NCBI GenBank assembly: GCA_034408725.1 | Contig: JAWXCN010000017.1 | Span: 1-17,215, forward strand | Reading direction: 5' to 3' | Source of the DNA: Candidatus Hydrogenedentota bacterium | Lineage (GTDB): Bacteria > Hydrogenedentota > Hydrogenedentia > Hydrogenedentales > SLHB01 | Length of the DNA stretch: 17,215 bases | Shown: in pieces, positions 8,795 through 14,882 of the stretch | Layout of the letters: each line of letters opens with the position of its first letter | Position numbering within the stretch: position 1 is the first letter of the stretch | Program-made: the position numbers and the translations under genes | The notes under the pieces: model-generated | Database searches by the model: none | The model's input: only the letters and a program-made list of their open reading frames with translations | What the model was told of the DNA's origin: nothing

Positions 8795-11293
8795 TCAGGA
8801 TTGGTTCGGATCATCGGGAAAAAGGTCGTCGAAATCCGGCACACTGTCCACGTCGCGGTCCCATGCGTCGAGTGCGTCCGGATCGAATCCATCCGCGATT
8901 TGTATCGGAACTTCCGATTCCTGCGCCGATCCTTCCTGCACAACGATGCCTTCGGGATATTGAAAAAACTTTGTGAAAGGAGGATTGACGTAAACCTGGT
9001 TGTCCACGCGGAACGCGAGGGGAAGGACATCGGTTGTGTTCAGTCCCGTGTACCGGACGCGGAACAGATTTCCGAACGAACCGTAGGTCAGAGGCGTCGT
9101 TTCGGAAGTGAGCGCGGTGAACACGCCGCCGCCGTTGTCTACAAGGAACCAATCGCTGATCAATCCGTTGGGATCGAGCTCGACGGTTATTGGGACGCCA
9201 GAAATAAACTTCACCTTAATCTGGCTGACGTTGCGCGGCACGTATTCGCTTCGCACAAACAGTTCCGCCGTGCCGTCAGGCTGAATGCCGGCAGTGCGCA
9301 ACGACAGTTGACCCGCGCGCACATCGCCGCCCGTGGCAAACACAGCGTCCCGTTGAAAGGAACCGGAGATGCCGTCATATTCCGCGGATACGAGGTAGTT
9401 GTGCGAACCTTCCTGGAAGAGCGAAACATAGGTCAAGACCAGTTGACGCTGAAGTTCCGTGATGATCAATCCTGGCGCATTGCCCGGCGCGCCCGCTTCA
9501 CTCTGAAGCAGGTTCACAAGCTCGGCGGCGGTCGGCGCGGCGTAATAATGGCCGCCCGTCTCCGTAGCCAATTGAATCAGCGGCGCGGCGTTGACGTTTT
9601 GGCCGAACCCGATCGGATAGAGCCGCACCCGGTTGTTCACGGCGTGTGTAATGGTCTCATCAAGGCTTGCAATGCTCGAGGTGTCGCGTCCGTCGGACAC
9701 AAATATGAGCGCGCGCACGTCCGCGTCATCGAACGGCAAAGCCCCAATGTCTTCATTTGCGATTCGCGCAACACCGTCCATGACGGCGTCGTAGACTTCC
9801 GACGCGCCGTTATCGCCGAACGGCACCGAGAAGGCTTGCAGCGCGTCTTTCAGCGAATCCTTGGACGTCGAAAAATTGTGTACGAGCCGGTTGGCCTGTT
9901 GCCGATCGTGATACTCCATGAGCGCGAGGCGGTAGGAAGCCGGCACGTCGTCAATAAAGTCGGCTGATGCGTTCACCATCTGCTCGATGACCGAACCGTT
10001 ACCCGCGCCGGCGCTGTACATGCTTCCGGTGTAATCGAGCATGAGCGCGAGATTGTAGCGGAGGCCTTCCGCATTCGTGACGAACAGGCTTGTCTCGTCG
10101 GTGTCGAGCGGGATGCCATCTTCCTCAATTGTGAAACCAGCGCTGAGCTCGTCAAACACGTCCGCATCGGTCGTGTCGATGGCGTTGCCCAGCGCGTCGC
10201 GCATGAGGAACACGAACCGCAGTATGAATGGGGGTCGCGAACGGTTCTGCGCCCCTTCGAACCCAAGCGGGGCCGCTTCGATGTTTATAACCACATCCAC
10301 GGAATCAACGCCGAGGCCGGCAATGGTGATGGTCCCGCCGTCCACGGAACCGGTGAGCGCGTTGCGGTCAATTGTGACCGAGATTGGCACACGGTCATAG
10401 TTCAATGGATTGTTCGTGCCGACGCTTGTGCCTTCGGCGGGATCGAAGAAGATGAGGTCGGGTCGGTCGGTGGACAGTGTGAAATCAAGTACGCTGCCCG
10501 GTTCGCCCGAATTGAAGACGTCGAAGCTCAGCGTGTTTTCCGTCATCCCGAAGTCCAGCACTGTCGGTTCCGCGCTGATTTCCGCGCTCAATCCCTGGGT
10601 GATATTTACCGCGACCTGTGCGTCGCCGCCATTCGATTCGATGAGCAAAACAAAGCCGAATACCCCTTCATCAAGCAGCTCACGGTCTATCTCGACTGTA
10701 ACCACCGTCGAATCGCCGACCGCGGTCGTCCCGCCATCGGGATCAATCGTGAGATACGCGGGAAACGGAATTGTGTCCGAAGGATCGTCGGAGTCTTGCA
10801 AACTAATGTTCCAGGTCAACGGGCCTTCACCGTTGTTGGTGATGGTGAACTGCGCCGTTTCCTGGTTGTTGAGAAAGTTGATGGTGCCCGGATCGACTTC
10901 AAGACCCGGATCGCCCGCGACCGTCATCGCCACGTTAACGTTGCGCGTTCCGGAAGCGGACGAAACTACCACGAGACCGTTATACGTGCCTGGCGCGAGG
11001 CCATCGCGGTCCACCGTGAGTTTCGCGTGATCAATTTCCGATGTAACGGTTCCCGAAGTGGTGTTTGCGGAAAGCCATGCAATGTTTTCCGTAAGCGTCC
11101 ATGCGACGGCGCCCGCGCCGTTGTTGAAAATGGACAACGTTTCCTGTGTGCCATTGCTTCCGAAGTTGAGCGCGACGGGGGTGACGACGAGGTTGGGTAA
11201 TGTCCCGCCGCCTCCGCCGGATGGGCATCCCAACAATCCGGCACAGCACAGCGCGACGGCCATCGCCTTTGCGCATCCAATCATTCGTTGCAT
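8795..11293 (-). CDS. Surface lipoprotein: 3 BACON-like repeats, VWA domain, beta-sandwich, C-terminal acidic TSP3-like Ca-binding motif (832 aa); paralog of the downstream gene
   Basis: ATG 11293 after GGAGGT. Signal MQRMIGCAKAMAVALCCAGLLG|CPS. VWA motifs LALMLDYTGSM (about 10022-10036), FVSDGRD, PIGFG...LATETGGHYY. C-terminus DRDVDSVPDFDDLFPDDPNQS. Confidence 0.88.
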   Translation of the reverse strand: MQRMIGCAKAMAVALCCAGLLGCPSGGGGGTLPNLVVTPVALNFGSNGTQETLSIFNNGAGAVAWTLTENIAWLSANTTSGTVTSEIDHAKLTVDRDGLAPGTYNGLVVVSSASGTRNVNVAMTVAGDPGLEVDPGTINFLNNQETAQFTITNNGEGPLTWNISLQDSDDPSDTIPFPAYLTIDPDGGTTAVGDSTVVTVEIDRELLDEGVFGFVLLIESNGGDAQVAVNITQGLSAEISAEPTVLDFGMTENTLSFDVFNSGEPGSVLDFTLSTDRPDLIFFDPAEGTSVGTNNPLNYDRVPISVTIDRNALTGSVDGGTITIAGLGVDSVDVVINIEAAPLGFEGAQNRSRPPFILRFVFLMRDALGNAIDTTDADVFDELSAGFTIEEDGIPLDTDETSLFVTNAEGLRYNLALMLDYTGSMYSAGAGNGSVIEQMVNASADFIDDVPASYRLALMEYHDRQQANRLVHNFSTSKDSLKDALQAFSVPFGDNGASEVYDAVMDGVARIANEDIGALPFDDADVRALIFVSDGRDTSSIASLDETITHAVNNRVRLYPIGFGQNVNAAPLIQLATETGGHYYAAPTAAELVNLLQSEAGAPGNAPGLIITELQRQLVLTYVSLFQEGSHNYLVSAEYDGISGSFQRDAVFATGGDVRAGQLSLRTAGIQPDGTAELFVRSEYVPRNVSQIKVKFISGVPITVELDPNGLISDWFLVDNGGGVFTALTSETTPLTYGSFGNLFRVRYTGLNTTDVLPLAFRVDNQVYVNPPFTKFFQYPEGIVVQEGSAQESEVPIQIADGFDPDALDAWDRDVDSVPDFDDLFPDDPNQS

Positions 11294-11427
11294 GGTAGAA
11301 CTACCTCCGAACACGAAACGGCCGCCAACGAATGACCGCTTCACTCCGGCGAACGCCATGTACGCCGCGCGTTCAAGCCCAAACGCGCTTGTTGCGTCCA
11401 CTGTGTTCGCGTGTGGTGACGTGTTGC

Positions 11428-12006
11428 CTAGCCCTCGCTACCGCAACACACAACATTGACACCGGCGGATTCAAGGAACGGGATGTCGAAATCGTTCGCC
11501 TGATCGCCGAGTGAATCACAGGAAAGGTTGACAAAGTCGCCCGTGCCGAGACCACCGTTCACCGAATTCGTGACCAAAGGCTGAATATCGGTAATGAGAG
11601 AGCCGCACAGGCTTGCGGAATCAAGATTTGTCAGGCCGGCAAGCGGGGAAATCTCGAATACGTCGGTGCCGTCTAAATTCAGATTGAGGAGGTTGACCAG
11701 GTTCGCGACAGGCGAAATATCCGAAATCGGATTGCCGCTGAGGTCGAGGAAGGTCAGATTCGTCGCGACTTCAAGCCCGGTGAGATTGACGATGTTTATC
11801 GACCGCGCGTCCAACTGGCGGAGACGCAACATGTCCCCGCGCGTGAGGAAACCAAGCGGATGACCAAGCTCGTTACGAATTGCCGCTTCGAGCGCAGCGT
11901 CCGGGATGCTCACAATGGCTTGGTTCGACGGACACCCCGACCCGAGGCCTATGAGCCCGAGCAGTGCCAGTGCAGTTGCCAGTCTATTCATTCGCGTCAT
12001 TCCCAT
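11428..12006 (-). CDS. Internalin-like leucine-rich-repeat lipoprotein (192 aa)
   Basis: ATG 12006 after GGGGG. Lipobox LIGLGSG|CPS, internalin-type N-cap IPDAALEAAIR, and 22-aa LRRs such as NLTFLDLSGNPISDISPVANLV and NLLNLNLDGTDVFEISPLAGLT. Confidence 0.88.
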   Translation of the reverse strand: MGMTRMNRLATALALLGLIGLGSGCPSNQAIVSIPDAALEAAIRNELGHPLGFLTRGDMLRLRQLDARSINIVNLTGLEVATNLTFLDLSGNPISDISPVANLVNLLNLNLDGTDVFEISPLAGLTNLDSASLCGSLITDIQPLVTNSVNGGLGTGDFVNLSCDSLGDQANDFDIPFLESAGVNVVCCGSEG

Positions 12007-12103
12007 GATGCCCCCAGGGCTAGTTAGCATCAGCACCCCCCATCGTATCTTAGGGGCTGATAGATAATTCCGGTCCTAAAACGTGACTTCCTCAGTCGAA
12101 GGC

Positions 12104-12133
12104 ATTATGAAGCAGCTTGGTCCATATTGTCAA
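12104..12133 (-). promoter_or_regulatory. Sigma70-type promoter for the LRR/VWA lipoprotein operon
   Basis: Minus strand TTGACA (12133-12128), an 18-nt spacer, then CATAAT (12109-12104), with an A-rich tract upstream. It lies about 100 nt before ATG 12006. Confidence 0.65.
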
Positions 12134-12372
12134 TAATTTTCCTCTCCATTGCGAGCCGCTTCTGAAATTATACACCGAAAACTCCGCAATGTTAACCAGT
12201 CGCAATTGATTTTTCAAAATTTTAGGCGAAAAGGTGTTAGATTAAACTAATAATTATATAATTAATGATGTACATAGAATGTTCAAAAGGAAAAGTATAG
12301 ACTCCAACTTGCCTTGTAAAAGCTTGTCCCTACTGTATTTGTCACGACTACGAAAAGTCCGCCCCGCAGTTT

Positions 12373-12381
12373 TGCTATAAT
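12373..12381 (+). promoter_or_regulatory. Extended -10 promoter for the 12409 gene
   Basis: Perfect TGnTATAAT (TGCTATAAT) 27 nt before ATG 12409, followed by an AGGGGA Shine-Dalgarno-like sequence. Confidence 0.65.
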
Positions 12382-12408
12382 GGCATTGGCGTAAAGCAGG
12401 GGATTGCA

Positions 12409-12816
12409 ATGGATCAATCTACGTTCCCATTCATATTCATTGGATTGGTCATTATCGGTTCAATCTCCGCCATTGGAAGTCGGCTCGTTGCTGGTGGACG
12501 CGACAAGAAAAGAATCGCGGAGTACCTTGCGTCGCGTGGAAGCCACGCTCATTCCATCCGGTGGGCGCCGTTTTCCATCGGTTTTTTATCGGAACGGACG
12601 GCACGCTTCTATCAGGTCCAGTATGTGGATGTTGATGGGAACGAACATGACGCGACCAGCAAGACGAAAATGTTTTCAGGCGTGTACTGGACAGAGGACG
12701 AGAATACCCACCACGCGAGAATACTCCCAGTAGAACAGTCGCATGAAGAGTTGGCGCGTGAAAATGAGAGGCTGAGAGAGGAACTCGATCGGCTGAATAG
12801 CAATCGCCAACCGTGA
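12409..12816 (+). CDS. Small hypothetical membrane-anchored protein with a C-terminal coiled coil (135 aa)
   Basis: N-terminal hydrophobic helix FPFIFIGLVIIGSISAIGS, an aromatic-rich core (IRWAPF...YQVQYVD.DG...FSGVYWTED) and the tail EELARENERLREELDRL. Promoter and Shine-Dalgarno are present. Confidence 0.8.
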   Translation: MDQSTFPFIFIGLVIIGSISAIGSRLVAGGRDKKRIAEYLASRGSHAHSIRWAPFSIGFLSERTARFYQVQYVDVDGNEHDATSKTKMFSGVYWTEDENTHHARILPVEQSHEELARENERLREELDRLNSNRQP

Positions 12817-12830
12817 CCTTGACACAAGGA

Positions 12831-12863
12831 CGCGCCGCGAGCGACTGCTTATCTCACGGCGCG
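12831..12863 (-). terminator. GC-rich hairpin downstream of the 56-aa ORF (probable terminator)
   Basis: Minus-strand RNA CGCGCCGUGAG-N11-CUCGCGGCGCG forms an 11-bp stem with one G-U pair. That pair is a C-A mismatch on the plus strand, which favours minus polarity. It is followed by a weak UCCUUGUGU tail. Confidence 0.55.
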
Positions 12864-12882
12864 AAGAAAGTTTCAGGAATGT

Positions 12883-13053
12883 TTAGGATTCGAGGATCGT
12901 GCTGGGCTGGCATTTATCGTCTAGCCAGGTCAGCCCGGGGATATTGCCATTTTTGAATCCGAGCAAACCGACGATTGCGCTCGAAACGGTGCACAGAATG
13001 TCCTGCCAGACGTCAGCGCGCTTCGGGCTGGACACATGCTTGAGATGCTTCAT
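12883..13053 (-). CDS. Small 56-aa protein or peptide precursor with two Cys (not in the ORF track)
   Basis: AGGAGGT (13067-13061) sits 7 nt before ATG 13053, and the stop TAA is at 12885-12883. Translation: MKHLKHVSSPKRADVWQDILCTVSSAIVGLLGFKNGNIPGLTWLDDKCQPSTILES. An upstream promoter and downstream hairpin bracket it. Confidence 0.8.
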   Translation of the reverse strand: MKHLKHVSSPKRADVWQDILCTVSSAIVGLLGFKNGNIPGLTWLDDKCQPSTILES

Positions 13054-13110
13054 CAACTGAACCTCCTACGTCGTTCGATTTGACCGCGACAGGGTGCTGA
13101 AAAAGCGGCC

Positions 13111-13163
13111 AACTTGTCAATAGATTACCTAGGACTCGATAGCTTGTCAATAGTTTTCCTTGG
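13111..13163. repeat. Imperfect 23-bp direct repeat, period 30 nt
   Basis: AACTTGTCAATAGATTACCTAGG (13111-13133) versus AGCTTGTCAATAGTTTTCCTTGG (13141-13163), 19/23 identical. Confidence 0.8.
13122..13150 (-). promoter_or_regulatory. Sigma70-type promoter for the 56-aa ORF
   Basis: Minus strand TTGACA (13150-13145), a 17-nt spacer, then TAATCT (13127-13122, TAnnnT). Confidence 0.55.
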
Positions 13164-13207
13164 GCCCCTGTAGCATATCTACTCCAACGATCCTGTTTCG
13201 TCACGCC

Positions 13208-14794
13208 TCATACAACTTTGGCCGTCTTGTAAACTCGCGGATCGATGTTGTGCTTGCCACAACGCAGTCCCATGATGCGCTCGGTAATTCCAAGGGTTTC
13301 GGCGGCTTTCGCTTTGTTGCCGCGCGTATTCTTGAGGGCTTCGATGATCAACTCGCGTTCGAGCCGTTCTAATGCGCCATCAAGGGTTTCTTTCAGCACG
13401 GTGCCGCTGGCTTCCGCTGATTGCAGGGTGGGCGGAAGATGGTGCCCGTGGAGCACGTCGTCGGAGGTGAGCAGGATTGCGCGCTCAATGCAGTTTTCCA
13501 GTTCGCGGACGTTGCCCGGCCAATGGTAGCTGCAGAGCATGTCGATTGCCGGCGTCGAGATGCGGCGCACGTTTTTGTGGGTAGATTTGCTGTACTTCTC
13601 GACAAAGTAGTTCGCGAGGTCGAGTATGTCCGTGCGGCGTTCGCGCAGGGGAGGGATGTGAATGGGAAATACGTTGAGCCGGTAATAGAGGTCCTGGCGA
13701 AACGAGTTGTCGGTCATTGCGTTTTCGAGATCGCGGTTGGTCGCGGTGATGATGCGCACATCGACCTTGATGGTGTCCGTACCCCCGACGCGTTCGAACT
13801 CGCGTTCCTGAAGCACCCGCAGCAGACGGATTTGCATCATCGGCGCAAGATCGCCGATTTCATCGAGAAAGATCGTGCCGCCGTCGGCGAGTTCAAAGCG
13901 GCCCTTGCGCTGCGCAACCGCGCCGGTAAACGCGCCTTTTTCGTGGCCGAACAATTCACTCTCGATGACGGTTTCCGGCAAGGCCGCGCAGTTTACTTTG
14001 ACAAATGGTTTGGAGGCTCGGAGGCTGTTGTAATGAATGGCGCTGGCGACGAGTTCTTTGCCGACGCCGCTCTCACCGCGGATCAGAACTGTAGCGTCGC
14101 TTTTCGCGACCTGGGCGATGAGGTTGTACACCTGCTGCATGCCGCGGGAATTGCCGATGATGTTCGCGGGACGGAACCGATCCTTGAGTTCATCCTGCAA
14201 GCGGCGATTTTCCGCGATGAGGCGTTGGCGTTCTTCGATGGCTGACTGGCGCATCCGAACGGCCTGGGCGATCATCGACCCGATAATTGTCAGCAGCCGG
14301 AGGTCTTCGCTGAGGGACACCGAATCGCCAAACAACCGGTCCACGCTCAGCGCGCCGATGGTTTCCGCGCCAAGTTTAATGGGCACGCAGATGAACGAGA
14401 TGTTTTCCTTCTGCTGCTTGCGCGCCCCCGTGCGGTCGAGGAAGGTAGGCTCCTCGGAAATGCGCGGGATGACCGCCGCGCGCCCGGTTTGAATGACCTT
14501 GCCCGTAACCCCTTCACCCGGGCGGTAGCGTCCGCGTTCCTGCTGGCTTTGGGACAGGCCATGCGCGGTTTCGATGTAAATCTCTTCCGTCTCGCGATTT
14601 ACAAGGGTCAAAGTGCCGCGCACCATTCCGGTGTTGTCGGCGATGGACTGGAGCAGTGAGCCGACGACATCGCGGAGGTCGATGCTTTCGTCGAGGCGCT
14701 GGCTGATATCGAACAGGAGGGCGAGCTCGCCGACTTCCCGCCGTATTTTAGGTTCGGCGGATGCGCGAGAACTGGCTTGATGTGTAGCTTCCAT
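13208..14794 (-). CDS. Sigma54-dependent enhancer-binding activator, NifA-like architecture (GAF, AAA+, Fis-type HTH)
   Basis: GAF region ([10 protein letters not shown]...ISFICVPI...IGALSVDR), Walker [24 protein letters not shown], Walker [29 protein letters not shown] and [24 protein letters not shown]. Confidence 0.95.
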   Translation of the reverse strand: MEATHQASSRASAEPKIRREVGELALLFDISQRLDESIDLRDVVGSLLQSIADNTGMVRGTLTLVNRETEEIYIETAHGLSQSQQERGRYRPGEGVTGKVIQTGRAAVIPRISEEPTFLDRTGARKQQKENISFICVPIKLGAETIGALSVDRLFGDSVSLSEDLRLLTIIGSMIAQAVRMRQSAIEERQRLIAENRRLQDELKDRFRPANIIGNSRGMQQVYNLIAQVAKSDATVLIRGESGVGKELVASAIHYNSLRASKPFVKVNCAALPETVIESELFGHEKGAFTGAVAQRKGRFELADGGTIFLDEIGDLAPMMQIRLLRVLQEREFERVGGTDTIKVDVRIITATNRDLENAMTDNSFRQDLYYRLNVFPIHIPPLRERRTDILDLANYFVEKYSKSTHKNVRRISTPAIDMLCSYHWPGNVRELENCIERAILLTSDDVLHGHHLPPTLQSAEASGTVLKETLDGALERLERELIIEALKNTRGNKAKAAETLGITERIMGLRCGKHNIDPRVYKTAKVV

Positions 14795-14882
14795 AGTTCA
14801 AATGACCCTATTGGTATGTAGGACAGGTAAAGATTACCGAATTGTAGGTATTTTACAGTCGGAAATCAAGTGTCCGTCCAAG

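Noticed and set aside
4722-11293. Diversity-generating retroelement or nucleotide-level tandem repeats in the large lipoprotein genes
   Set aside because: The repeats are divergent and visible only at protein level. I saw no reverse transcriptase or template/variable repeat pair.
11294-11401. Longer N-termini given by the track (11401; likewise 8762, 12036, 4008, 2775)
   Set aside because: Downstream ATGs have proper SD sequences and place the signal peptides or family N-termini correctly.
5247-11459. Long plus-strand ORFs such as 6964..7836, 7281..7958, 8735..9967 and 10410..11030
   Set aside because: They are antisense to the lipoprotein genes, are expected in GC-rich coding DNA and show no recognisable motifs.
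13094-13112. Sigma54 -24/-12 promoter-like TTGGCCGCTTTTTCAGC upstream of the peptide gene
   Set aside because: GG-to-GC spacing is 11 nt rather than the required 10. It is worth revisiting only if the 5-nt homopolymer is a sequencing error.
13111-13163. CRISPR-like repeat
   Set aside because: There are only two imperfect copies with a 7-nt gap and no cas genes.
13013-13204. 63-aa minus-strand ORF from the track
   Set aside because: It has no convincing SD, runs across the promoter repeats and overlaps the better-supported 56-aa ORF in another frame.
13208-14794. Gene symbol nifA
   Set aside because: The architecture matches, but there is no nif context and many non-nif regulators share it.
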